Shown piece after piece: positions 50,301-59,547 of a stretch of 64,000 bases of DNA (its first letter is position 1; each line of letters starts with the position of its first letter). The stretch comes from Candidatus Oxydemutatoraceae bacterium (GTDB lineage Bacteria > Pseudomonadota > Gammaproteobacteria > Poriferisulfidales > Oxydemutatoraceae). The stretch is from the NCBI GenBank assembly GCA_965219575.1, contig OZ244779.1:460769-524768 (forward strand), in the 5' to 3' direction. The notes under the pieces were generated by a model. It was not told the origin of the DNA, ran no database searches, and worked only from the letters and a program-made list of their open reading frames with translations. Made by a program: the position numbers and the translations under genes.

Positions 50301-50637
50301 AGAGGTGTTATCCGACGACCCCGACGGTGGAACGAGCGGGACTGTGGTGTATCAATGGCAAGTATGTGAAGGGAGTAGAGGACGTTGTCCGCCGCCGCAG
50401 CAATGGCAGAATATTGATGAAGCCACTCAAACACAGTACATCATATCGGGTTCTAGCATTTTAGTAGGAAACAATCGATTCTCTCTGGTAGAAGACAGTA
50501 GCATATTTCGCATTCAAGCAACTTATCGCGACGGTCAAGGTTATCAAGAGAATGTTCGCTCGGCAGAACGTATTTATACGACTCGCCCGGTACTTAGGAT
50601 TCGCTCTAAAGTATTTTTGGAGGGTCCTCTCCAATAG
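47377..50637 (+). CDS. Secreted S8 (kexin/furin-like) serine protease with P-domain and Ig/cadherin-like repeats
   Basis: Signal peptide; catalytic D (IAIVDG), H (HATAVAG), N (AGGNG), S (GTSASTP); LSWRDV, YGFG, P-domain (LTSPSG..GVWRL); Thr/Val-rich beta repeats; ends LRIRSKVFLEGPLQ. Confidence 0.88.
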   Translation: MNILVLRILAKVLAIFFLGAGMQSVTAQSQEMGDPLYDRQWHLENTGRNTSQGIPGEDINVEPVWNTTLTNGVKIRGQGTYIAIVDGDLPIARQSTITELLAHPDLIENISTRHSVDYYPSVIDDDSHATAVAGIAAGRGYNAIGVRGVAPWAKVYSLNILGLPNGNRSISRIIERSVGLDAMVRHTTITSVSNNSWGSLDPFRPSGDALVAWEMAIETGIRNGFHGKGTVYTWAGGNGSCISRRIASNRYEQVCNIDTSNYDGRAKYHAVVAVCSVDNQGRHLAFSELGANLWVCAPSRGITTTSRGRRVIIRDRTIISTYRHDLYTTSFGGTSASTPMVSGVVALIRQVNPSLSWRDVKLILANSARQNDPEDDDWAQGAVKYGLSGDEDEARYHFNHKYGFGVVDAQKAVELAQGWINLPPVATTYTEVINRNIDLRLSADNLVINSSISVQSDINFIEHVQVPIGLTHPLIQDLSVELTSPSGVTSDLIIPSTYPISSTSSYAIGVSGFWRFGSSAHLGEDPSGVWRLRFESTRPTTGTLITWGVRIRGYQIKMDATSAVGLSGKNVVETPLPLSLIGASWEEDLQPEDFRLKNAPTGLRIASVSRTSDTQVALNLALDGRLARDYLFQVEATTSTVPNIRNSLISDDISIVLEVPEAPLLEITAQPEQAIEAGNSAEVEVSVADNNFDVGDRVTLTAESSSRTIVSVTTSAKTDEITTNTSITFMLTAVQGGEAMVTFTATDSRGLSVSKTILVRVDAMPTGRVGITPDSDDRWLLHGTSTIMDANGIAEKNYRWYRNDRIISGATGDSYEIPDNRNGRATGTRYRLEVSVVDNIGQSVTTQSNTITVANEAPVIDGQITALPSPVEEGRETVITVPAGDANYDSLTYSWSATGEHSGINISGNPATLIIPPDFVDAASTETTANLEVVVDDGSAATTGMVSVVVHKINNGSLTLRISIAVGSRATTLTAEVLSDDPDGGTSGTVVYQWQVCEGSRGRCPPPQQWQNIDEATQTQYIISGSSILVGNNRFSLVEDSSIFRIQATYRDGQGYQENVRSAERIYTTRPVLRIRSKVFLEGPLQ

Positions 50638-50890
50638 AACTGCCGATTGAGACGGTAGGTCAATCGGCAATTTAATTTTAGTCCGCCCGTAACGCGTTGG
50701 CCGGCACGATTTATACATTCATCCATTCAATTTATGGAAACCAAAACCATACGGCGCAAGCGGTTGGTGTCGTGCAGAACGGTACTTAAGGGCAGACACA
50801 CAGGTCTGCCCCTACGGCTTGGTGGTTATTATAAATTCACGGCGCAAGCGGTTACGGTTGCACGCTGACGATACTTTTTCAACAGCCCCA
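50638..50890. repeat. Mosaic REP/MITE repeat
   Basis: GCCGATTGA..TCAATCGGC, GGGCAGAC..GTCTGCCC and TTTTTCAACAGCCCC modules. Confidence 0.85.
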
Positions 50891-50959
50891 TTTCTTTTCT
50901 TTGGGCGTAGGCTTGTCAAAGCGCACTCGGAAAAAACCGTCGTCTAAGCGATTTACTGT

Positions 50960-51217
50960 GATACTTATCCTCGCTGCCCGAAAATGAATGCCGTAGATGA
51001 GAGATTTAACCGCACTATTCAAGAAGAGTTTGTCATCTACCATGATGATATTTTAATGAGTGATTTATTGTTGTTAAACGATGTATTATTTGAATATCTT
51101 AGTCGGTATAACTTCAGGAGACCGCACCAAAGTCTAGCCTATAAAACACCGGCACAACAGCTTGCTTCCTTTTGCCCTCATTTGTCCAATATGTCATGGC
51201 ATCGTATAGTTTATTGA
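50960..51217 (+). pseudogene. C-terminal fragment of an integrase-core (IS481/IS3-like) transposase
   Basis: YPRCPKMNAVDERFNRTIQEEF...YNFRRPHQSLAYKTP. Confidence 0.75.
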
Positions 51218-51298
51218 CAAATAGAAATTTCCTATTACAATTAACTTTTATGAAAGAGCAGCTATATATGAAAATTCTGGAAAAGTAGAGAGAAAATT

Positions 51299-51523
51299 AT
51301 GACGAAAACTCCAATGCAATTGATAGTGACCATTCTTGTGATAGTTGGTGCCCTTAACTGGGGAATATTTGGTTTATCCCAATTATTCGGTTCTAGTGGT
51401 TGGGACCTAGTAACATGGTTACTTGGATCTATTCCTGTGCTAAAAAGCATAGTATTTGTGGTTGTTGGTTTAGCAGGTTTGTTCGCAATTGTTCAAGTTG
51501 CACAGTCCTATAAATCAGAATAA
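51299..51523 (+). CDS. DUF378-family small membrane protein
   Basis: LVIVGALNWGIFG...DLVTWLLG...VVVGLAGL. Confidence 0.8.
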   Translation: MTKTPMQLIVTILVIVGALNWGIFGLSQLFGSSGWDLVTWLLGSIPVLKSIVFVVVGLAGLFAIVQVAQSYKSE

Positions 51524-51599
51524 ATGCACGGTTAATTAGACCTTAACTGGTTTATATTCAGGCGGTGCCTTCGCATCACCGCTCTAACGAATCGTACTC

Positions 51600-51790
51600 A
51601 TTAAACGGTCATGAGCGATGGCATGAAAGAAATTGCCGGCGATGGCGTATCCGGCATCATCGCTCTAATCTTCGGACAAGCCCAAAGTAGCAATAACCAT
51701 GCCCATATCAAATTCATGCCTCTTGAGTTTTCCCATCCTGATACCCAGCTATAATCGGTGAACCGGTAAATAGCGTTTGGGGTGGTTGTA
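51600..51790 (-). pseudogene. Degenerate, internally deleted duplicate fragment of the GHKL ATPase gene
   Basis: Matches ~55130-55255 and ~55360-55410 (TLFTGSPI.AG.QD; FFHAIAHDRLN), with a stop codon and a deletion. Confidence 0.8.
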
Positions 51791-51794
51791 TTGT

Positions 51795-52314
51795 GGGACT
51801 GTTGAAAAAGTATCCACGAACTGTAGGGCTGGTACATTCCCCTCCTTTGGAGGGGTGGCAGGCGCAGCCTGACGGGGTGGTCGCTGGGGTCTTGCACAAT
51901 GTCACGCCGATTAACCTACTGGCTTAATCGGCAGCTTTGTTCTGCCCGTAACGCGTTTCGCCTGCACGATTTATACATTCATTCATCCAGTTTATGGAAA
52001 CCAAAACCATACGGCGCAAGCGATTACGGCCGTGCAGAACGGTACTTTTTCAACAGTCCCACATGGGGCTGTTGAAAAAGTATCCACGAACCGTAGGGGC
52101 GGACTAGCATGTCCGCCCGTAGCGCGTTGGTCGGCACAATTTATACATTCATCCACCCGATTTATGGAAACCAAAACCATACGGCGCAAGCGATTACGGC
52201 TGTGCAGAACGGCACTTTAGGGCGGACATGCCAGTCCGCCCCTACAGCGGTTTATAAATATTCACGGCGCAAGCGGTTGAGTTTGAGCGATGCCCGCACT
52301 TTTTCAACAGTCCC
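51795..52314. repeat. Two tandem MITE-like elements (51795-52060, 52065-52314)
   Basis: Each bounded by GGGRCTGTTGAAAAAGT / ACTTTTTCAACAGTCCC with different internal modules. Confidence 0.9.
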
Positions 52315-52347
52315 ACATTTCTACTTTGGGTTGACATCTACACAATG

Positions 52348-53190
52348 TCACAGCCGTTCGGCTATTTTTTCTATTTCTTTTTGGTTGGATTGTGGGGTTT
52401 GCACTTCAATCGCTTTCCATACGCTCAGGTATCCGATTTGGTCAATGATTTTTTCCAATTTTTTATTGTCAATTTTTTTGTTTTTTTCGAGAAATAGCAA
52501 TAGTCCGCCGAATATGTTTTCCGAACTTATATAGCTTTTCCCGCTATGCATTTTTGCAGAAAACCCAGCATAATATTTTTCATCTAGAATTTTCAGTATA
52601 AGGCTGGGTTCCCTATCTATAATGTTGGACATTTTATCTGCCCACCGCCATCGCCAGTAGGCCTTTCCGAGATGAAAATCATTAAATACGATTCTCGTAC
52701 CTCTTGGTATCGGATTGCACATAGAGCGTAAAACTCTTCTAACACGCTTGTCTATTTTTCCTACCTCGCCGGATGCTAGGGCATTGTCAATCATATAACT
52801 GCCTGTGCCATTTGTATCCTTAGAGTCCGATGCCAAAAAAAGTGGCTGGATCTGATCATTCTCGATCATCTTGATAATCATATAACCCCAGAAATTACAC
52901 TTGCAGGCGACTTCATCGGGTAGCTCCTTAAATGCTTGCCAGATTTTTTCTTGAGTATCATAAGGCGGGTGAATGAATTCTCGCTCGGTAAATTGGTGTG
53001 TAAAATTAACCAGTTGACCATCGCTAGAATTATCCAGCAACTTCTTGTGTTTTAAGTGTCTTAGAAAATCATTTTTTCCCAATTTACAAGCAGCGAGAAA
53101 TTCTCTTTGTTCCTCCGAGCCTTTATTCTTATTCAACTCCTTACCAAAATCCTCCCAGAGCTCTCCATCAAGTATTTTATATTCACTCAT
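52348..53190 (-). CDS. Hypothetical protein, gene 4 of PAPS-reductase/GHKL operon
   Basis: Start overlaps the upstream stop; FWGY, RRVLRSMC, LGKAYWRWRW. Confidence 0.7.
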   Translation of the reverse strand: MSEYKILDGELWEDFGKELNKNKGSEEQREFLAACKLGKNDFLRHLKHKKLLDNSSDGQLVNFTHQFTEREFIHPPYDTQEKIWQAFKELPDEVACKCNFWGYMIIKMIENDQIQPLFLASDSKDTNGTGSYMIDNALASGEVGKIDKRVRRVLRSMCNPIPRGTRIVFNDFHLGKAYWRWRWADKMSNIIDREPSLILKILDEKYYAGFSAKMHSGKSYISSENIFGGLLLFLEKNKKIDNKKLEKIIDQIGYLSVWKAIEVQTPQSNQKEIEKIAERL

Positions 53191-54049
53191 CATCGGTTTC
53201 TGTTCTGATTTCACTTAGAGCGTAGGGATTCATTTTTGTAGATGCCAAACTTGGATCAAAGTCTTCATCCTCCCAGCTTTTTCCTGTTTTATGCTCTAGC
53301 ATTTGCAGGTGATTCAATAGTGCACCACCTATTTGGTTCTCCTCATGATTTAAACTCTGCATATATGCATAGGTTGCGCATAATGCTTGGGTAGCGATAG
53401 CCGAACCCATTGCTTCATCAATGCCATGGGGCTTTTCTTGATGAACTTTTACCAGTTGGTCATAAACATCTTTGCCACAATACAAACGAACAGGGGTCTC
53501 ACCCTCTCCAGCATGTTCCCTGACCTTGACTTCCATCTCACCATCGCCAAGTTCTTTTTTATGGACAAAATCCATTAAATAGAATAAGTCGCCTGTAGAG
53601 AAGGTTAGTTTGGGACCTATAGCAATGCGGGCATGTCTAGGTATGAAGAGAGACTCACCCAGTCTCCAAAAGTTTTTCAATCCCGATGAATCATCCACCG
53701 TAATTTTTGTGTCCTCCGAAGCGATAATGCTGGGCATAATCTCCGGAGCATAAGAAAAGTCTATCGGTATGGTTTGCGCAATAGTTATGGCTCCTTCTTG
53801 CATGGATGAACTACTTTTGTCATATAAGTGATGTTGTCGCTCGGAACTATCCCTGTAAAGCAACCTAACGGAAAACTGCGCTTTACCTTGTTCCAGTAAG
53901 TTTGAAATGAATGAATGACCTTTGAGACTGTGTTTTAAGTATATTTGGTTGTTGTCTTTTTTGGCTTTGACTTCATAAGCAATGGTTTCTATAAAATCAC
54001 TGCTGTCCCTTCTTAAAATCGGAAAATCAAGTATTAGATTATCTAGCAC
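53183..54049 (-). CDS. Hypothetical protein, gene 3 of operon
   Basis: GAGGAG RBS before GTG; FPIL N-terminus; beta-rich N-half, helical C-half. Confidence 0.7.
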   Translation of the reverse strand: MLDNLILDFPILRRDSSDFIETIAYEVKAKKDNNQIYLKHSLKGHSFISNLLEQGKAQFSVRLLYRDSSERQHHLYDKSSSSMQEGAITIAQTIPIDFSYAPEIMPSIIASEDTKITVDDSSGLKNFWRLGESLFIPRHARIAIGPKLTFSTGDLFYLMDFVHKKELGDGEMEVKVREHAGEGETPVRLYCGKDVYDQLVKVHQEKPHGIDEAMGSAIATQALCATYAYMQSLNHEENQIGGALLNHLQMLEHKTGKSWEDEDFDPSLASTKMNPYALSEIRTETDDE

Positions 54050-54070
54050 TTTGGCAACTCCTCGGATTTT

Positions 54071-55915
54071 TTAGCGTCGTTTCAACCCTAGCATGGGTGA
54101 TAAAGCGACTTTCATGTCTCCGATATCATCCGGTTTTTCAATTTCGGCAATCAAGTCGTATTCTCTATCTTTACGCAACGAACCCAATTTGATCTGAGTT
54201 TTACTATCATCGGAAACCTTGATTGTCTCACCGTTCAATTCGGCTGTTATGAAGTCAAGATCAGTGCCTTTTCCCTCATCACTATCTTCTCCTAGACTCA
54301 TTGACAAGTACACATCATCTCTAGCATTTTCTTGTTGTGTGGGAGTAATCCTTAACCGCACTTGCCATTTGCTACCGTTGTCTATATATCTAACGGCAGT
54401 CCTTGACTCTAGTAATCTGGAAATAACGGTTGGTGTGGGGTTTCCATTATCCTCTCTCGGTACTCGTTCTTTTTTCGGTTTGGGCGGTTTCCTTGATTTA
54501 GGAGTGGGACATGCTTCTTTGCTTTGTCTGTCCGATTTTTTGACACCGCTGACATTTTCCTTTGCTTCATTAGGTAGGGTGAATAACGGCAAATCAACAG
54601 AAGTCCGTTCTATCTTTTTTAAATAGCCAGCCTTCATCTCTCTGCTTAATTCTCTCAGTAGCCTTTTCAGCTCTTTCTCATATTCTTTGACAAGTAGACC
54701 TCTCTGCAATCTATTATGATAGGGTCCTTCGGCATTTTTTACTAACTCAAATAATTCTGGAGCATTATGTTTATCAATATCAATAATTGCGGTAAAAGGT
54801 TCAAAATCTGGTTCTTTTCTTAAGTTGTTTACGTCCGTAGATAACATGGAGTCGTGGCGGGCGACGACCATCCCATTCCTAACCAGTATGATAGCGGAAT
54901 TGGTGTTTTTGTCGCTTTTGATGCACACATGGACCTTATCGGAATTACTAAGTGCAATGATTTTTTGCGAACCTTGCTCTTGAAGCGTCTGCCACGCTTG
55001 AAAGACCATTTTGCCTGATAGTATATTGTCTCCCCGTGCTTGTTTAACCTCTTTTTTCCCGCCGATCAGTTGTTCAACTCGGTCATCGGAGATTTCCTTC
55101 GCATCACCGTCCTTATGAATGGTAATGTTTAAACGATCATGAGCGATGGCATGAAAGAAGTTACTAACGATGGCGTATTCGGCATCATCGCTCCAATCTT
55201 CGGACAAGCCCAGAATAGCAACGACCGTGCCGGTATCAAATTCGTGCATCTTGGGTTCGATAAAAGCTGGAGGTTTGCTGAGGTAAGTGAACTTTGGATT
55301 TTTTTCATTCTCGGGCTTCTCCGTTACAATCCTGCCTCTATTGCCTCGTTCAGCGTCTACATCCTGATGTCCGGCTAAAATTGGTGATCCGGTAAATAGT
55401 GTTTTTGGAGTGCCGTTGTCCTTATACTTTGAGGCATAAAGCACATAGCGGAGCGATGAGAGCGAATAGCTCGATAAATTACCCACCCCATAGGAACCGC
55501 CTGACTCTTCATCACCTTTGATACTATGACCTCCTGCCAGCATGCCGTCGAGCCGATCTGGGTTCATTCCCACGCCATTATCGGCAAACATTAGTACTTC
55601 TAGTTCTTTTCTCTTTAAGGCTTCTTTAATTGGCGCAATCCTTTGTTCTACGTTTTTGTTGTAACTTCCCTTATCTTTTACTGTCTTAATGGCTTTATCT
55701 AAGACTTCTCTGTATTTTTCAATATGTGGAATTTCACTTACGGAGATTGTTTCGATGTATATATCTACTTTGCACTTATTGTGTGCTTCTTTGGAAGCAT
55801 CTAGTGCATTTTGCAGTAACTCTCTAATCGGATTCGTGTAGCCTTCTTTTTTATCCGCCAAGTCACTTCCGGTAAATCCTTCCATTTTGCCGAGCCTGAA
55901 ATAAAGTTCTGACAT
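54071..55915 (-). CDS. GHKL (HATPase_c/MORC-like) ATPase
   Basis: RELLQNALDA, ADNGVGM, GGSYGVG, GTVV motifs; RNGM, AEGPYH. Confidence 0.8.
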   Translation of the reverse strand: MSELYFRLGKMEGFTGSDLADKKEGYTNPIRELLQNALDASKEAHNKCKVDIYIETISVSEIPHIEKYREVLDKAIKTVKDKGSYNKNVEQRIAPIKEALKRKELEVLMFADNGVGMNPDRLDGMLAGGHSIKGDEESGGSYGVGNLSSYSLSSLRYVLYASKYKDNGTPKTLFTGSPILAGHQDVDAERGNRGRIVTEKPENEKNPKFTYLSKPPAFIEPKMHEFDTGTVVAILGLSEDWSDDAEYAIVSNFFHAIAHDRLNITIHKDGDAKEISDDRVEQLIGGKKEVKQARGDNILSGKMVFQAWQTLQEQGSQKIIALSNSDKVHVCIKSDKNTNSAIILVRNGMVVARHDSMLSTDVNNLRKEPDFEPFTAIIDIDKHNAPELFELVKNAEGPYHNRLQRGLLVKEYEKELKRLLRELSREMKAGYLKKIERTSVDLPLFTLPNEAKENVSGVKKSDRQSKEACPTPKSRKPPKPKKERVPREDNGNPTPTVISRLLESRTAVRYIDNGSKWQVRLRITPTQQENARDDVYLSMSLGEDSDEGKGTDLDFITAELNGETIKVSDDSKTQIKLGSLRKDREYDLIAEIEKPDDIGDMKVALSPMLGLKRR

Positions 55916-55927
55916 ACCTTCTCCTAA

Positions 55928-57181
55928 CTAGTCTGTACAATTACAAGGGATATAGCTTTCATCCTCCAGATAATCTGCATCCGTGTTGTCAAACTGATTT
56001 TTGATAGCGGGATAAACCCAGTGATTGGTTGCTCCAAAAAAGCTGATATAAGCCACATTTCTCTTTGATTTGATTGGTCTTTTTTCTGCTTTCAGATCAC
56101 GACTATACTTGCGCTCCATTTCAATCCACCAGTCTATCGATGCGGGCGTGTTATCGGGCATGTTTTGAGATAGTTCACTTTGCGCAATCTGTATCAATTT
56201 CCTTTTACCCTTTAATGGGCAATACACACAGTTCGAGAAAATCCCGTTATCGGGTAGGTCTAAATCAAACGGCTGCTTTTTCCAAAAATCAATGACATCC
56301 TGCTTAGAGATATTATTATCTACTAACGGTGCGTAAATGCTTTCTTTTGGTGGTTGCTCGGTAGGAGATCGCCTTTTTTGGTTTTGCGAGTATGCAATTC
56401 TGTCTCTGATTTTCTCTACTCGGATTTCTTCGTCCTTTCGTATGCCCAAACAGGAAACATACGCGATCGCTTTATCACCGAACAGTTGACCTTTGCCGCC
56501 TAGAACCGAATTTTTGATTGACTCGTTATTCATGCACAACTGGCTTTTCGTAAAGTCTTTCCACATCGCAGCTTCTCTGACAAAGGTTTGTTTTCTGGAA
56601 AACGATTTTTTTGCTAATAAGATATTATCCGGTGTCTTCCCTCCATTGGCTCGGTGATGTCGGATGACTTCTTCTGCGCTCATTTTGGGTTCATTGCCGG
56701 TATGTCCGAGTCGTTCAATCCCCTCTTTCTGTGCCAACCAATCCGATAGAAATTCATTGGTGATCCTGATTTTCAAAGTTTTAGTGCAGATTCTAGACTG
56801 CATGTTGGGCAGAAATCCTGCATGTGAGACCATTTCTTCAAACGCTTCTCCTTGCCAGCGATAGCCGTGTGGGTTGTCCTCACTGAGTGGAAATTCATTG
56901 ACTAAGCGATATGTAGAGTTGCGCATCCATCCATGTCTGCCCGCATCCTCATAGGTTTGATATTCAACCCAGAAAAACGGGATATTATATTTATCCTCGA
57001 CTAACTGTTTCATATTTCTTGTAAATGCGTAGGTCGCCGGGTGCTCTGCAGATGTGTTGTTGAAGACAATCACGTCTCCTCTTTCTGGGCATAATGTGCC
57101 TTGCTTGAGCAGCTCCATCAGCATCATTCCCGATGAGCGGCCACCTGAAAATTTTACGATGTGTGGTTTGTTCATCGGCAA
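55928..57181 (-). CDS. PAPS-reductase-family (PP-loop, phage NinC-like) protein with cysteine clusters
   Basis: KFSGGRSSG, NNTSAEH, RICT..LK, GIRKDE, SNCVYCPLK, terminal PCNCTD. Confidence 0.78.
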   Translation of the reverse strand: MPMNKPHIVKFSGGRSSGMMLMELLKQGTLCPERGDVIVFNNTSAEHPATYAFTRNMKQLVEDKYNIPFFWVEYQTYEDAGRHGWMRNSTYRLVNEFPLSEDNPHGYRWQGEAFEEMVSHAGFLPNMQSRICTKTLKIRITNEFLSDWLAQKEGIERLGHTGNEPKMSAEEVIRHHRANGGKTPDNILLAKKSFSRKQTFVREAAMWKDFTKSQLCMNNESIKNSVLGGKGQLFGDKAIAYVSCLGIRKDEEIRVEKIRDRIAYSQNQKRRSPTEQPPKESIYAPLVDNNISKQDVIDFWKKQPFDLDLPDNGIFSNCVYCPLKGKRKLIQIAQSELSQNMPDNTPASIDWWIEMERKYSRDLKAEKRPIKSKRNVAYISFFGATNHWVYPAIKNQFDNTDADYLEDESYIPCNCTD

Positions 57182-57532
57182 AGTCTATCTTGTGCAGCCG
57201 AGTAAGCTATACACCGTTTCAGCGGCTTCAGTTTGAGTATTTTGCCTTGCATCAGTGGTTTGAGGCCTCTTCGTATAAACTTGCAAGCATTCAAATAATT
57301 GTATCGGAGAAATCGTGATGTGATGATGATATTGCATTAGGAATCTTTTCCAGAATGTTAGTATAAATGTGCTAATCGTAGCACTTTGCGGCAATGTAGT
57401 CAAAGATATAGTTTCTTCGACCTCTGGCAAAATTTACTGTTAATACTGGAGGAAGTTATCTAATTAACTGGAAACTAGTAATATGAAAATGCGCTTCGCC
57501 CGTTTTTTAATTTCTATTGCGCTTCATTTCCG

Positions 57533-58108
57533 CTATTTCTTCACCATTTCCATTTTAGAAGCCTCGATAGCCTCTTCCAGTTTCTCTTTTAACTCGGCGA
57601 TGGCTTGCTTGGTGTTCGCATGATTTTCCTTGAGTATCTTGGCGTGTTCCACAATTGCTTTTTCTGGTTCATCTACGCTTTTCCCTATTTTTTGATACAG
57701 TTGCAGGAGGTCGTTGTTGCGATGTAGCAAATCAATCATACACTTTGAAATGACATAAGTATTGATAATCATTTTGCGCAATTCGTCATCGGCAAGATAA
57801 CCGATAGAGGAAGCGTTGCCATCGTAGATAGTGAAGAAATTCTTGCCCATCGGATAGTGAATAGGAAAAGGCTGGTTTTCGCCTAGTTTTTCTATTTCCT
57901 TCCCGACATTTTCGTAATAACCATCCCATATAATTGTTATCTCGCTATGAATGGCTCGGAGCAGGTTTTCAACCAGTCCTTGTTCTTTTTGCTCGGCTGC
58001 CTTTCGTTGGCGGGATAAACTTACCAGTAGTGCTATTATGGTAAGCGCACTGCCGATTACACCGGCAACAATAGCCATGATAGCGATACCATATAATATG
58101 AATTCCAT
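57533..58108 (-). CDS. Hypothetical membrane-anchored protein
   Basis: AGGAG RBS; N-terminal TM helix; FFTIYDGNASSIG; coiled-coil C-terminus. Confidence 0.7.
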   Translation of the reverse strand: MEFILYGIAIMAIVAGVIGSALTIIALLVSLSRQRKAAEQKEQGLVENLLRAIHSEITIIWDGYYENVGKEIEKLGENQPFPIHYPMGKNFFTIYDGNASSIGYLADDELRKMIINTYVISKCMIDLLHRNNDLLQLYQKIGKSVDEPEKAIVEHAKILKENHANTKQAIAELKEKLEEAIEASKMEMVKK

Positions 58109-58285
58109 GTTTTACTCCTGATTAAGGTGAAGTGGATGTTCCAATGAGAGTTTATTGTATGCTACTTCCGACTTTCCTCAAAGACAACGATCTGCCCGGA
58201 GACAAGCGGTTTAGGTTGTGAACCATCCCTTCAGGCGGAGCCTGCCACCCTCACAGGAGGGAATAGCTGGTCTACAGATTTAGTT

Positions 58286-59476
58286 CTATTCCGGCATGAT
58301 CCTTTTCATAAAGCTGTCAAAGAGAGGGACTGTAAACTCTGTATCTCCATGAGAGGGGCTGTAGATCATTCCTTTTTTTATCAGTTTGTTTCTTAAAGGG
58401 GCTACACTTTGAGGGCTGACCCCTAATTTTTCGGCTATATCTCCTGAGCGATGACTTCCGCCACCGAAAGAGGCTAAAGCTCTAAGGTATTTCTTTTCTT
58501 TGGGCGTGAGCCTGTCAAAGCGCACCCGGAAAAAACCCTCGTCTAAGCGATTCAACGAATGTTTGTTCGCTTTTTTTACAACATCCAAAGTGATTATTTT
58601 TGAGTTGGATAAATTCCAGCATTGGTATCCCCACTCTTGTAAAAAATAAGGGTAGCCTTTTGTTTTGTTAAAGATCTCTTCGAGGGCTTTTTTATCAAAG
58701 CGTACATCAAAGGCTTCGGTAGGTTTTTGAAGGGCTTGAAAGGCAAGTTCTTTTTCAAGAGGTCCGAGATGAGGAAAGTCAAACATTCTTTCTGCATAAG
58801 ACTTTGAAGCCCCTACAAGGCTTAGCAGTTGAGGCAGTCCCGCACCTATCATTATCAGAGGAAGTTGTTTTTGCACGATTCTATGAAAAGCCATAATAAG
58901 CGCGCTGAGTTCTTTTTTTGATAAGTATTGAAGTTCATCTAGTATCAGGACTAAAACTGCATTGTGTTCTTTTATAGCTTCACCGACATGTTCCAAGAGA
59001 ATAGGAACATCGATTTCCAAATCACCGCTATCGGCAGAGCCTTTTTCCGGTTCAATATCTAAATCTAAACTTATTTCAATATCGCCGTACTTTAGCTTCA
59101 GGGATTTCAAAAAGCTCTTAAGTATACGAAAAGCCTTTTTAATTTTTTGACTATTTCCTTTATTTTGAAGGCTAAACAGTAGCTTTTGCAGATGAACGGC
59201 CAAGGTTGTAGAAAAGTGTTTTTTCTCATGAGCTTCTATATAGATGGAGTAGCAGTTGTATTTTTCTACAATGCCGTCAATTTTGTTCAAAAGAACCGTT
59301 TTCCCTACCCCTCTTAAGCCTACTAACAGGAAACTTTTTTCTGATTTTCTGCGGTGGAGTCGGGCTAGGGCGAGACGGGCTTTTTCTAAAATCTCCGAGC
59401 GACCTACCAGTGCCGGCGGAGGGGCTCCTGCGCCCGGAGAAAAGGGGTTTTCTATCTTATGTTCTTCGTAGTCCAT
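58286..59476 (-). CDS. AAA ATPase (AAA_16-like) with C-terminal winged helix
   Basis: NPFSPGAG, GLRGVGKT, ILDELQ, GYPYFLQ, RNKLIKKGMIY. Confidence 0.85.
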   Translation of the reverse strand: MDYEEHKIENPFSPGAGAPPPALVGRSEILEKARLALARLHRRKSEKSFLLVGLRGVGKTVLLNKIDGIVEKYNCYSIYIEAHEKKHFSTTLAVHLQKLLFSLQNKGNSQKIKKAFRILKSFLKSLKLKYGDIEISLDLDIEPEKGSADSGDLEIDVPILLEHVGEAIKEHNAVLVLILDELQYLSKKELSALIMAFHRIVQKQLPLIMIGAGLPQLLSLVGASKSYAERMFDFPHLGPLEKELAFQALQKPTEAFDVRFDKKALEEIFNKTKGYPYFLQEWGYQCWNLSNSKIITLDVVKKANKHSLNRLDEGFFRVRFDRLTPKEKKYLRALASFGGGSHRSGDIAEKLGVSPQSVAPLRNKLIKKGMIYSPSHGDTEFTVPLFDSFMKRIMPE

Positions 59477-59480
59477 AGGT

Positions 59481-59547
59481 GAAATATACCAAGTTTATCC
59501 GAATATATCAAAATTTTAGTATATTTAGGTAAACTTGGTATATTTTC
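59481..59547. promoter_or_regulatory. Long imperfect inverted repeat directly upstream of the AAA ATPase
   Basis: AAATATACCAAGTTTATCCGAATATA ... TATATTTAGGTAAACTTGGTATATTT. Confidence 0.6.

Noticed and set aside
55928-57181. Canonical Dnd/Ssp phosphorothioation system or housekeeping cysH
   Set aside because: No dndB/D/E or sspB/C/E neighbours, and no CysH-type C-terminal ECGLH motif.
57185-57430. 81-aa ORF upstream of the PAPS-reductase-like gene
   Set aside because: TTG start, no RBS or recognisable motif, next to a degenerate IS-end remnant; cannot be supported.
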